From positions 28,079,821 through 28,143,820 of the forward strand of contig NC_092379.1 of NCBI RefSeq assembly GCF_030028105.1: DNA of 64,000 nucleotides, read 5' to 3'. Below, in pieces: positions 1 through 10,889 of this stretch (within the stretch, counting starts at the first letter, position 1; each line of letters starts with the position of its first letter). The position numbers and the translations under genes are program-made. The notes under the pieces are model-generated. The model was not told where the DNA came from, did not search any database, and saw only the letters and a list, made by a program, of their open reading frames with translations. The DNA comes from Mobula birostris (lineage: Eukaryota).

Positions 1-34
1 CGGTTATTTTGTTTGCGTTTTTTTTTTTTCTCTT

Positions 35-690
35 CCTGCGCAGTTGCCCCACCATACCAGACAAAGATGCAACCAGTTATAATCGTCCCCGTATATCTTC
101 AGAAAATACTTTGAGTATTTGATGGCAGACGAATTCTCAAGCCTCCAGTGACATTTAGCCTCTGTCATACCATCTTTTGTAATTGTGCCCAGAATAAATC
201 CACTGGGCTGTCGAGAGCCACACAGTAGAAACTTCTTAACCTTACCACTTCTGATTTCCAGATAAAGATTGTTATGTGTTCGATCAGCTTCGATTCCTGA
301 AGTCCAAAATGAATTTTGGTCTTAGTGAGACAAAACTCAAGCAGCTGATCTCTAATGCTTCGTACGCCTCTTCTTCACTATCTGAAATTATGCAAACAAT
401 ATCTATTTTGCCGTCAGATTTAACGACTGGATTGGAGCTGTCGGAAATCTCACAACTCTGCTTGTAGTAAGGGTCAAGAAGGTATGGTTGAATCGTGGCA
501 CATTTGATTGTCAGCGACGATGAGATTTTTTTTTTTCTAATTGGTTTACCATTAGGTATTCCGTTTTGGAGATCTAATGCAGTTGCAGGGTAAGGCTTTA
601 AGAACCGGGTTTTGAGCTTGTTGGTTAAAGCTGAAGAGAGCTGATAGCTGAGAAGAAAGGCATCCCAACACTGATGTTGCGAATACAAAA
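35..690 (-). mobile_element. Degraded Rex1/Babar-type LINE reverse transcriptase fragment
   Basis: Minus ORF 284-688 reads IVCIISDSEEEAYE...SLRPKFILDFR, matching the Rex/Babar RT stretch VVGLIS.DE.AYR.E...LNVSKTKELIVDFR. Paralogue at ~52720-53330. Confidence 0.7.
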
Positions 691-899
691 TTAAATATAA
701 AATGCAAGTCTCCTAGTTCACGATAAAGGGTTGACACAACTGATTGTAATTATTCCCCAGACGTTTCTGTAATATTTCCATTAGCGATAGAGTGCGGTGA
801 CAATCATGAAGAAATCAAGAAATGTTTCCTTCTGTGCTAACTTGACAATGTTGCAGTTAAGGAATGCATCATTTGAATTCTGTAGAGTATAACAGATAT

Positions 900-1150
900 A
901 ATTGTGCATCAGCAGAATAATCTTGAATGTGTTGATGCCTGGATTTTTTAAATTTGTTTGTCATTAACTATATATTCAAGCCGGCCGAGAAGAAACATAA
1001 ATACCTGCTGAAGCTGTTGTACTTCCGCCTTTACATCATACATTTTTTGAGGTAATACATTACACGAAGAAACACTGCATATGCTTTATAACAGCAGAGC
1101 TCGAGCTCGTTTAGCAGACTCAGCGATGTGCATCATCTTGTGCAAGTGCA
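900..1150 (+). pseudogene. Candidate highly decayed TCR V relic
   Basis: KPAEKKHKYLL (FR2-like), ITAELEL and GACTCAGCGATG (DSAM). The paralogue at 54200-54450 keeps TGG about 167 nt upstream of TGT-GCA. Confidence 0.35.
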
Positions 1151-1916
1151 ATCTAGAAAATGTCTGAGACGAAGATAAAAAATATAAATTTTCCCATTTT
1201 CACTGGTGTGCATGATAACAGGACGAACTGCAAACGCCCCTCCCATCAATTGCCCAGTAAGCAGTATGTGTAAATAATCAGTGGCACTGAAAGGAACTGC
1301 ACAGAATAAACTCTGGGCTTCCTTCAAGCCTCAAAGCCGTCTACACAAATAATCAACGCCACCATATTTTCGATAAATTCTCAAGACATTAAGAGGAAAT
1401 AAAAAAAAAAATCACAGACACCGGTGAGAGAGGAAGAAATGTTGTGCGCCAGAAATTTTAGCCCGTTTCAGCGTTTTTCTGTTAAATCTGATTTCCCTAT
1501 GTTCTGCCTGAAATCGGCCGGAGATATTTACTGCCTGATTTTATCTCCTATTTGGCACACTTACTTCGTAACACTTGCTTTCATATTTCTGGCATTATCT
1601 ACCTCAACTTGCAAGCGCAGTTTGATGACAGTCTTCTCCAAGACGCCCACCAGCTACATTACTTTCGCTCACCGACGAGCGGCACTGTGCAGTTAATGTT
1701 GACAGGCAACGAGTTTACTCCATTGTTCACATATCTTCGCCGGTTGGAAGCTGACCTGTCGAATCCTGCATCACGTTTGAAAGCTGTTTGTCAAGGATTT
1801 GACACTGTTAAATTGCGCTTGAGTTTGGGTGTTTTAGACAGATTTTGCTCTATTTTTTAATCCAACAGTCCGTTCTCACTGGACGATTACAGAATTACAG
1901 AGACGGAGAACGTTAT

Positions 1917-2445
1917 TGTAAAGGTGGATTCCTGCCGCTCCTCATTATTATGTTCCTCTTCGGTAAGTTGTTACTTCATTGTAATAACCGACATCAACCT
2001 AGAATACTACTTTAATACTCTAGAATAGTAGTGTAATATTCGAAGCTACTCCAACTATCCTACAATGACGCTTATTCTATGTAAGGTTGCAGTTTGTTGG
2101 AAGTGTCGATTGTCATTTGTTATTTGTTTTACGGTTACACGGGGATCATCATGACATTGTGGAACAGTTGCTCGGTTAAACAACCTTTCATGAAAGAAAA
2201 GCACGACAGTTTTGAATTTAACTTTGCAGCCAAGTGGTGGTCGCCCAGATGTTTTCCTGAGCAGACAACAAGCAAAGTCATTTTTTGTGGATTCCAGCAG
2301 GGAAAGTAAATCGACAAAGGGACAGAGCAGACCGGTGGTTTGATATAGTAAACAATATACATAAATATTATGTTCCAACCCGACTCGGTCATGTACCTCT
2401 ACAAAAGACAATATACCAAAGTATCTTTTGCAATGAACAAAAAAC
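1917..2445 (+). pseudogene. Degenerate TCR V-alpha/delta pseudogene (same family as 26339) with relic 23-RSS
   Basis: Leader-like exon ending TTCCTCTTCG|GTAAG (donor 1963) with ATG lost. Acceptor AG>AC at 2137-2138. GTGGAACAG, ACTTTGCAGCCAAGTG and GACTCGGTCATGTACCTCTAC align to the intact V. GACAATA + 23 nt + ACAAAAAAC at 2407-2445. Upstream ~400 bp is also homologous to the V upstream region. Confidence 0.8.
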
Positions 2446-2889
2446 GCTAACAAAAAAATCATGTGAGTTCGATAGAGTGCGAGCTCATCAAAAGTAACAG
2501 GGCTGGCAAAGCAATGTGGAAACAAATTCGAAGTAACGTCAGAAGGCTTAACTGAATTATTTTATAATATAGAGGGTCGAGCACAACTTGATACTATTTC
2601 CTTCTATATTTTATGTTTTTTTTTTGGAATTTTGGACGTTTTCACTATGCTCCCACCAAAATATGATTACACGACTCCTGTGCTGCTTAAATGGAACATT
2701 CTGACTGAAATGTTGCATTACTCCAGTGCACAATGGCAATAGATTGACATTTTGAAGGGGGTGGCCGATGAATAGACAGCATAATGACGAAAGAAGTGCT
2801 CATATTCTGATCAGACAAAACTTCCCATCAATATCAAAAAGGAATAAACGTATGGTTATCTCACACAGCAACAATATTATCGCTGGCGA

Positions 2890-3530
2890 TCTCAGTCAAC
2901 GGCTTGCACACACACTTCTGATATATGTCATAAGCATGCGGACTCTCACAGCTATCTTCACTATACCTCTTCGCACACATTCTCTGGTAAAAATGGTCGC
3001 TCTATGGCATTGTTATTCTGTCTCCTCTGTGTTCCGCTCTCAGTATGTTGCTTTCAATAAAAGCGAAATAACGTTTGATATGTTACCATTCTGTAAAATA
3101 CAGGGCTTCCCTTCCTCTGAAATCGATACTGCACTCACGTGCATCTGCTCCATTTCCCATAATCCCATTGCTTTGAGAGGGTAAATTTCCCATTGTACTT
3201 TGGAGACTCAGCCAGCAGATCACTTCACGGAACTTCCACTGTCTTCCATGAGACATATGTCGAAGCACAACTTTCTCTCCACATTTCCATGTTTTTTGCT
3301 TCCTTCAGCGATCATGCTCTGCGTGACTCCATTGTCATGTGCAACTGCATACGGAACTCAATGCTGTCACTTTTTTCTTGCAAGTGGAATATGTGCTAAT
3401 GTTGCCCATTCACCACCTCGCTCACCACCAATCAGGGCCCCGACAGTCTTTCCAGATGATTCAATAGTTTACCTGTCTGTCTTTCGTGGACACAAATTTT
3501 GCCTGACTCTCCAGGCACGGCCATGTATGA
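2890..3530 (+). mobile_element. Old Penelope-like element relic
   Basis: Similar to the younger Penelope at 50120-50580 (GGACTCTCACAGCTATCTT, GGGCTTCCCTTCCTC). Paralogue at ~56190-56800. Confidence 0.65.
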
Positions 3531-3759
3531 TAGAATAATATCGACCTAGACTGGGAGCTTTTCCGGGCATCTCCGCTCTGTCCCCGAAAACAAAGTCCAA
3601 AGTAAATTTGTCAGTGAGATCATTTTCTTGTGAGCATACTCAAGAAATTCAGTGACTGCTGTACAATCAGTTAAATATGGCACAGAATAGTGTAGACAAT
3701 TAATAATAATAATAACACGAAGAAGGGGAATTGAGTCGATAGCTTGTAGGAACATTTAA

Positions 3760-5620
3760 GTGATGGGCAAGATTTCCCCCTCTCGTTCAACAGCCTGATA
3801 TTTGAGAAGTAAGATATTTTCCTGAACCTGGAAACGTGAGTCTTCAGCTTCATTTACCTTCTCCCTGATGGGGAACCGCATGGGGTGCATGACTCTGCTA
3901 GTGGGCGTCCCTGATCATGAATGCACCTTTCCCGCGATAACGATCTGTGTAGCTATGCTTTATGATGTGGCAGTTTTATAGGTGATGGACTTGGATGCAC
4001 GAAGTACTTTTCATAATGGGGGCGCTGGGAGTGGACCCAAATGCAAGACACAGACACTGAAGTACTAGGACCAGGACTAGGTCTAGAGTTGAGCAAACAA
4101 GGGAAGTGAGGAAGAAAGAACGCTGGACATTGACACAGGCCCTGGACGAGACTAGGATGCAGGGCCTATGCTAGGAGAAGGACTAGAAAGACGGAACCCG
4201 GACAAGGGACTAGAAATAAGGATCCTTGGCTAGTGACATGGAACTCAGGAACCAGAGCCTGGACAAGGAAGCAGAACCTTGGTCTTGGCTGGGACACGGA
4301 TTCTGGGTCTTGACTGGGAACTGGAACCCGTGTCTAGGCAAGCAGTCGGGCCTAGGCTCTTGGCTAGGAGAAGACAAGGCTACAGGACGTGGAACTACTG
4401 CACAGGACGAGAACACAAAGCCTTGACTTGGACGTGGCTTGGATTGGACGAGGTTCCTGGACGTGGCTACGACAGGACGAGATTCTTGGACGAGGCTAGG
4501 ACAGGACGAGGTTCTTGGACGTGGATAGGACAGGACGAGGCTCTTGGACGTGGTTAGGACAGGACGTGGTTATTGCAAGTGGCTAGGACAGGACGAGAGA
4601 CTGCTGGACAGGACGAGGGAACCCCAGCACAGGACAAGGGAATTCCAGGACCGGGCTGAGAGAGGTACTCCTGGGCCGGGCGAGGGACAAGGACAGGACG
4701 AGAACACGAAGCCTTGACTTGGACAGGACGAGACAGGAACGCAGACCCATGTGCCTCATTTAAGGCATACAACAGGCCAAGTGAAAACCGGAAAACCTGG
4801 AATACGGATCGATGGACAAAACTGTGAACCGGAATGCGGACTTCACGGACATGACCATAACAGTACTGTTTATAGGATGTTCCGTTCAAAGCCATTGTAG
4901 TTTCCATACAAGTCTGCGATGAAGCCAATCAACATAATCTTATGTAGGAGCGTGTCCATGCCATATCGTACCTTTGCAAACGCGAGGAAGTAGAGGCGAT
5001 GCTTCCGAGGGGTGAGAAATTTGAAGTTGCTGACCCTTCCTACCACTGATTCCTCTGATTAAGTCTGGTATATGTACCTCAGGTTTCCTCCACCTGAAAT
5101 CAACAATCAGTTCCTTAGTCTTATTCACATTGAATAAGATAGTATTGTTCTGACAGATTTCAATCTCCCTCCTCTCTACTGAATCGTTATCACTTTTGAT
5201 TCGGCAAACAATATTGTCAGCAAATGTAAATATAGCGGTCGAACTGATGTAAGCCACATAATCAGGATTATAAAGTGAGTAGAATAAGGGGAATAGCACA
5301 CAAACCTGTGGTGCAACAGTGCTGATGGAGATTGTGGGTGAGATGTTGTGGCTAATCCGAACTGACTGAATCTGGAAGTGTGGAAATCGAGTACCCAATT
5401 TTACAAGGAAGAACTGACGTCTTGAAACATATTGATTAGTTTTGAGGAGGTAATAGATTTGAATGCAGAGATGTACATATCCTTGATGTTCGGAAGTTCC
5501 ACCTTTGAGTAAACAGCCATGAAGCAGATATCCAGGTGATTGCAAATACCCATGTGACTTCAAGTCTTAAAATGATTTATTGGTTTTTGGCCTCCAGTAC
5601 GGCCGCCGTGAGGATAATCT
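3760..5620 (-). mobile_element. Rex1/Babar-type LINE RT fragment split by a solo LTR
   Basis: Minus ORF 4940-5563 has FYSLY...FADN...NVNKTKELIVDFR. The uninterrupted paralogue lies at ~57150-58170. Confidence 0.75.
4009..4862. mobile_element. Solo LTR with 5-bp TSD GTACT
   Basis: Ends T(T)TCATAA...CCATAACA. GTACT at 4004-4008 and 4863-4867. Empty site AAGTACTGTTT at ~57394. Internal ~30-bp tandem GGACAGGACGAG repeats at ~4420-4620. Confidence 0.88.
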
Positions 5621-5799
5621 CAGTTTGGAGGAGTTCACTCGTTTCTCCAAATTCTTACGTGATACAAGTAGTCTCAAATTATGCATGTGTTCATCTTCAA
5701 GCAGTCTAGCATTAAAAAAAAAATCTGAGGAAGCAGCACTTCTGAAAATCAATGGTGTCCAGTATTATTTGTTCCTTCCGCTCAGCTTCAATTCCAGTT

Positions 5800-6330
5800 A
5801 CCTCAGTGCCCAACTCACTGCATTGTTCAGCTGCACACCTACCTGCCCGCTGCTGGTGCACGCCATTTCAAATTCCTCGGCGTGAGAAGAGTTAGGACTC
5901 TCTTCCTCAACTGTTGGGGAGTTATCAAAAGGCAGCATATACCACACCATAATTTCCTCATCGTGAGTCCGTATAGCATTTTGGAGGGGGTGAGAAGGGT
6001 GGTGTAATCCTTTCTGCTGGCTGGTCTTCATTCTCACCACGTCGCCGCAGATCACTCTTTCTAGCTGTAGGATCTAAGTCAGCCTCTGGGTCAGTTCACA
6101 CCCCTTGTCTTGCCTCTTCACATACCGCATCCCATCTTGCCCCAAAAAGCTCCGAAGGGCTTAGATAATATTTACCACCGCTCCTTTAATCATCGTCCAT
6201 TTTGTCCCCGAGGGAGAGTAATCGCACACAAGGTCCCCGCTCACATTCTGGGGACTTGGCTAGCAGGTTACTGACTTTATCTTAGATATATAGAGAACTA
6301 CTCCATCCCGAGAGACAAAGGGCCCCACAG
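5800..6330 (-). mobile_element. Internally deleted Ty3/Gypsy pol relic
   Basis: Minus ORF 5798-6055 (DEEIMVWYMLPFDNSP) resembles the pol C-terminus at ~36450. 6140-6330 aligns to 39270-39530. Confidence 0.6.
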
Positions 6331-7169
6331 AGTTGACCAACTTCACACCTTATCTTGAAAAACTGCCAATTCAAATGAAAAGTACACCAGAATGAAATTA
6401 CGTAATCAAGGTTACATCAAGTGAAGTGAAAAATTGATTAGTTTTATTCATGCTGCCCAGTGTAGTACGACGTTCTTTACTGTGATGCAGTACGGGACGA
6501 TAGTAACCGAGGCAGCCAAATATGCACAATATCAAGAAAATGCTTTGAGGTTAAAATTTTAAATGCTTCCTAGGATTGAAAACAATTAGCCTCAGTTTTC
6601 CTCTTCTTTCATGGGCTTATTTGGAATGTAGCAGCTGCAAAAGAAGAGGGAATTATTCACTCAGACGGATATTTGTCAGTACACAGAGAATGAGGCTGAA
6701 TTGCCGACAATTATGTAAAGAGACCTGGGAACAGAAAACAACTGGAACCAACAGAAACTGTTTTCCGCTTATTTCTTTAAAGTATACAGATTTTCCTCTC
6801 CTGCTCCGGTCAATACATTTAACTTCATAAGCACTGATTTATGTGTTTCAATTTACACAAGATGCACGCACAACATAAATGCCATGAACTAATTACTAAA
6901 CAAGTTAGTTAAAGGTCCATACTGTGTAAAAGGGTGCTGCAGACACGGACCGGTTCAAGCAAATGTTTACTAGTGTTGAAGTAAAACTTTAAATATATTC
7001 ATTTAACAGGTTGCTTGTTAATTCCACGTTTAAATAAAATCTCAGTAATTGTCAACTGCAACATAACAAACTGTGTTACAAAACCACCAGAAACTGAATT
7101 ATGTTTTATTCCTATGTTGGGAATATTTTGCTTGCAACCATCCACTAGAATACATGTTACCGCCAGAAT

Positions 7170-7430
7170 ATTCATCACAAGCACGGTACCCTGTCGTGTA
7201 ACTGCAATATAGTCATGATTACCGCAATATAGATTTGCTGTATAACTGTTTGCACTAAAGCGGAGGTGTAAGCTTTGTGGTATACACCCTAAATATCACC
7301 TATGCAAAAGAATAAGGTACGAACTTCCAGCAGCCTACCACTAAATGTCTTGCAATAACAGATTGGCTTTGATCAATAAAGAAATTTACGCCACCGGCAT
7401 CAAATGGTAATGAACTGGTCGAATGCGTGA
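7170..7430 (-). pseudogene. Candidate decayed TCR V relic (minus strand)
   Basis: TGG TAG...ILLHR...RFSANSYTAN...ILQLHD followed by codons each one change from S-A-L-Y-F-C. W-to-C distance 163 nt. The paralogue keeps TGC at 41184-41186. Confidence 0.4.
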
Positions 7431-7699
7431 ACGATCGTTAGCTAAGAGACATATGTTATCGAAACCCGGTGACGGCCAATCTTGCATCCCGTTCTGGCGT
7501 AGTGGAATCCAAAAGTGGTTGAATTAGTCCGATGCCGAGTGAAGGTCCAGTGGTAGGGATGGCCAGGAACTTGGCTACAAGCGTCCACAATAGATGATCA
7601 GTGATTGATGATAAGAGGCTGAAACAGTTTTGGGAATGTTTTCAGTGCCAGGAACTTCATAAGGCAGAGGTCAAACAGCTATAAAGTAGCCTACTCGTT

Positions 7700-7900
7700 A
7701 GCACAGCGATGTACAATTCCCATGACCCGTATACATTTCGCACCACTGTTTGTAAAGAGATTGTACTTTCTTCCTGGACCACGTGGGATTTATGTCGGGT
7801 GCTCTGGTTTTCTCCGTCAGCCCAACGTCTGGAAGGGTTTGCTAGGCTGATTGGTTATTGCCAGTTATAGCGTCATTACGCTAGGATTAAATCCGTAGAT
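7700..7900 (+). mobile_element. HE1/V-SINE-like tRNA-derived SINE, old
   Basis: TTTGTAAAGAGATTGTACTTTC...CGGGTGCTCTGGTTTTCTCC...GCTAGGCTGATTGG core. Paralogue at ~41700-41880. Confidence 0.55.
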
Positions 7901-8099
7901 GCCGGAGTGCGTACCTCGAGGTACGGAAAGGGGAAATTCCTCACTGTATCTCAAGAAATAAACAAGTAATCAAATAAAAAAAAAACACATAAGTAAATAA
8001 ATAAGAAACAGCATGCCCTGCAAATCGTATATTCGATGCGAAGTCGGGATGAATTTCTATGTTTAAACAACTTATGCAACGCTTATAGATGACAGATAA

Positions 8100-8337
8100 A
8101 TTAAATTAAATGCCCACGCTCTTTGGATTTTTGCAGAACCGATGAAAACGTTTACAGTGCGTGCCACGATCTCCTTCAGAATTGCATCTATTGATTACTC
8201 CCTCTCGTGTGAAAAGGTATAAGAAAAATTCACTGTAACAAGAGAGCCGTTTACGCGCCCTTTAGGTGGCCACATTTGAATTCATTTCTCACTGTGCTCA
8301 CAGTGAAGTTGCAGGTGGAAAAATGTGTTCAGAAGAA
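8100..8337 (+). pseudogene. Candidate V 3-prime relic with 23-RSS-like signal
   Basis: CACAGTG (8299-8305) + 23 nt + TCAGAAGAA. The paralogue has CACAGTG (42270) + 23 nt + TCAGAAGCC. A TGG lies about 170 nt upstream of the C-like codon. Confidence 0.3.
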
Positions 8338-9190
8338 GAAATGAATTGCACCTTAGGAACAGAATGTTGCGTTACTGTCGCGACACCCTAAGCCACGCAT
8401 CACAAATCTGTTAACAGCCGGAAAAGTCTGAATTTGCGATAGGCTTTCGATTTCGAATTTCCTTTTTGGTCTAAAATTAGTATTTTTGTACGTCTTAAAT
8501 GTTGAGCACCGATTTCATAATATGAACAGAGGAATGCAAAGAGAACATTGTCTTCGGAAAGATCATTATGATTTGTTTGTTTTTTTTATTTTTAATTCGG
8601 AAAGAGTGTGATGCGAATAGGGTACAAGTGTTACAAACAGTAAAGCTCGCCTGACTGGAAGTGAGAGTAACTGTCGATTTAAAAAACACCTTGCTATGTT
8701 CCTGCACAGTCTCGCCCTCCAACAGTAGCCGGGTCAATTTTACATTGTCATCATGAGACGCAGTATCTACTGAATTGTTTTAAACGCCATTAATTATTTA
8801 TTTGTTCATTTGCTTGGTTATTTAACCTTTCTCTTTATCTACCGAACGATCTAGCTGTTTGTCTGTGCCATATTTTTTTATTTTTTTTTTCTATTTATTT
8901 ACTTACCATTAGTTTGTGTTTATACATTTACCTATTTATTTTGCTTATTCAGTAAGTGAGTTACTTATTAATTATCTGATTATTATTTACCTATGTATTA
9001 TTTATTCAAACGTCGAAGTAGCCTTTGATTATAAAAGCACAAAATGCAGGCGACGACTTCCGGTGAGGTACGAGGCAAGACAGCAGCACAGCACTGAGCG
9101 CTGACATATAACCCCTTCTTCTTCAAGTTCCTCAGGGCTCATAGACGGTCTTAATACAAGGTTGAGTTGGAGTAAGATCTAACTAAAGAC

Positions 9191-10159
9191 ATGGATTCAA
9201 AAAAAGATCCGAATTCAACCAGGAAACAAGATACCAGCAGACGGCACCAAGCTAGCCATTCATCCGAGGAAATAACTATGCTAATTAAAAAATCAATGGC
9301 AACGGAGATGGAATCGCTGCGAGAAACGGTAACTCACATGCGAAAGGAGTTGCCGGAAAAGGCTCTCGACCCCTTACAGAAACATATGGCAGAGAATCGC
9401 AACATTCTCCTGTCGTTAAAGGAGCAAGCGGACAAAACAATTAACAAGGTATTTAATAAAATAAGCAACATTCCCGTTTGCTTACGCAAGAATGAGAAAG
9501 TTATTAACTCCTGTCTCGTGGAGGTGTCTAAGATATGGACGAAGTTAAACGACTTGGAGGACAGATCCAAGAGAAACAATGTGCAGCTGGTGATCCTACG
9601 GATAGGCGCTGACGGTGACGATCCACGAAGTTACCTCCAGAAGATGCTGCCTAATTGGATTCCAACGCTCAAGAATTCCCACAGCACTCCATTGGAGATC
9701 GATAGAGCACATGGGACCTTTTCCAACAAGAACGGCTGTAGACCGCGGAAACGAGAATTCTGCAGATGCTGGAAATTCAGGCAACACACATCAAAGTTTC
9801 TGGTGAACGCAGCAGGCCAGGCAGCATCTCTAGGAAGAGGTACAGTCGACGTTTCAGGCCGAGACCCTTCGCCAGTCCTGACGAAGGGTCTCGGCCTGAA
9901 ACGTCGACTGTACCTCTTTCTACAGATGTTGCCTGGCCTGATGCGTTCACCAGCGATTGTGATGGGTTGCTCAAGACCGCGGACCATGATTTTTAAGCTT
10001 CTACGGTACACCGACCAGCAGACAATCCTGGAGGGTGCGAGGAAAGCTAAACCTACTCTCCCTGATGGCACCCAGCTGCAGTTCCTCGCCGGCTGGAGCC
10101 CCGGCACGATGCAGCAACGGCAGGGATACAATGAGATCCGCGCTAATCTTCGACAGTAG
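9191..10159 (+). CDS. L1 ORF1p (coiled coil + RRM) with 78-codon in-frame insertion and premature stop
   Basis: LEDRSKRNNVQLV, LEIDRAH and RPRTMIFKLLRY motifs. The frame continues after TAG 10157 (GIDSFAIYPAIL) to ~10350. Confidence 0.85.
   Translation: MDSKKDPNSTRKQDTSRRHQASHSSEEITMLIKKSMATEMESLRETVTHMRKELPEKALDPLQKHMAENRNILLSLKEQADKTINKVFNKISNIPVCLRKNEKVINSCLVEVSKIWTKLNDLEDRSKRNNVQLVILRIGADGDDPRSYLQKMLPNWIPTLKNSHSTPLEIDRAHGTFSNKNGCRPRKREFCRCWKFRQHTSKFLVNAAGQAASLGRGTVDVSGRDPSPVLTKGLGLKRRLYLFLQMLPGLMRSPAIVMGCSRPRTMIFKLLRYTDQQTILEGARKAKPTLPDGTQLQFLAGWSPGTMQQRQGYNEIRANLRQ
9750..9973. mobile_element. Palindromic Penelope pseudo-LTR insertion with 10-bp TSD
   Basis: TSD AGACCGCGGA at 9740-9749 and 9974-9983. 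Inverted arms ~9782-9875 and 9878-9970. The right arm matches the Penelope end at 51353-51445. Confidence 0.88.
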
Positions 10160-10889
10160 GGGATCGACTCGTTCGCCATATACCCAGCGATTTTGAGATT
10201 GAATATCAAGGGCATGAAGATGTCGTTTAACTCGGCAGAGGAAGCGAAAGAAGCTCTGAAATCATCAGTGCTGGGAGATATGGAAAAAGACCCCGGCACA
10301 GTCCACACGCCCCTCGGGAGGAGATGGAATGGAATTAATACCTCGGACTAACCTGTATGCGCAATCTAACAGGCACGGGCAAGTTAACATTTTAGATGTG
10401 AAGTTTTCTGGTTATTCTTTTATCGGAAAGTCATTCGTCGCATCTTTGTATATAGTTAATTAAGGGGCCAATTTGTTTCCGAGTATTGCAGTTCAGAGTT
10501 TTGAGGTAATATTCAATATAACCAAATGTAATACTTCATCAAGAATGAAGCTGAAAAAAACAGCAGTTTATTATGACTAACTTTAGAAAGTTATGTCTCC
10601 AGCAGACTTATTTACATTCCTGGGCACCAGATAGGACGTCAATGGCGCCATCGCTAAGCAACGGTCTATTGAAGCGACAGTTTCTTGCAAAATAGCTGCT
10701 GGGATCCTGATTATGTGTTATAGTATATTTGAGACGGAAAAAGTTTTACTTATAGAGGTTAACGGGTTTGTCCAGGTTTCTTTGTTCTTATCTCTTTGAT
10801 ATGATTGTCTATGAGAACTGCTTTGCCTTTCTAATTTGTTGGTGCTGGAGCTGGGGCGGTTGATGGCAGTGTTCACTGTCTGACATTGC

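Larger units (their letters stand above)
1..5640 (+). repeat. Segmental duplication block x (paralogue at ~52700-58170)
   Basis: Collinear matches throughout. Examples: CCTCCAGTGACATTTAGCCT at ~142 and ~52826; CTCCTCATTATTATGTTCCTCTTCGGTAAG at ~1938 and ~55237; AGTACTGTTTATA at 4862 and ~57395. Roughly 70-85% identity by eye. Confidence 0.92.

Noticed and set aside
284-688. Minus ORF with IVCIISD and PKFIL that first looked like an Ig/TCR exon
   Set aside because: It matches the Rex/Babar LINE RT region (FADD...LNVSKTKELIVDFR) much better.
4210-4928. Short ORFs and regularly repeated motifs suggesting a CRISPR-like array
   Set aside because: These are degenerate minisatellites inside a solo LTR, with no unique spacers, in a eukaryotic context.
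8290-8305. CACTGTG-CT-CACAGTG resembling a germline signal joint or tiny D segment
   Set aside because: There is no upstream nonamer at 12 or 23 bp, and the paralogue has CACAATG. It is better explained as V-end codons plus one heptamer.
9631-10308. 225-aa antisense ORF over L1 ORF1
   Set aside because: It is a shadow frame helped by the palindromic insert and has no independent protein features.
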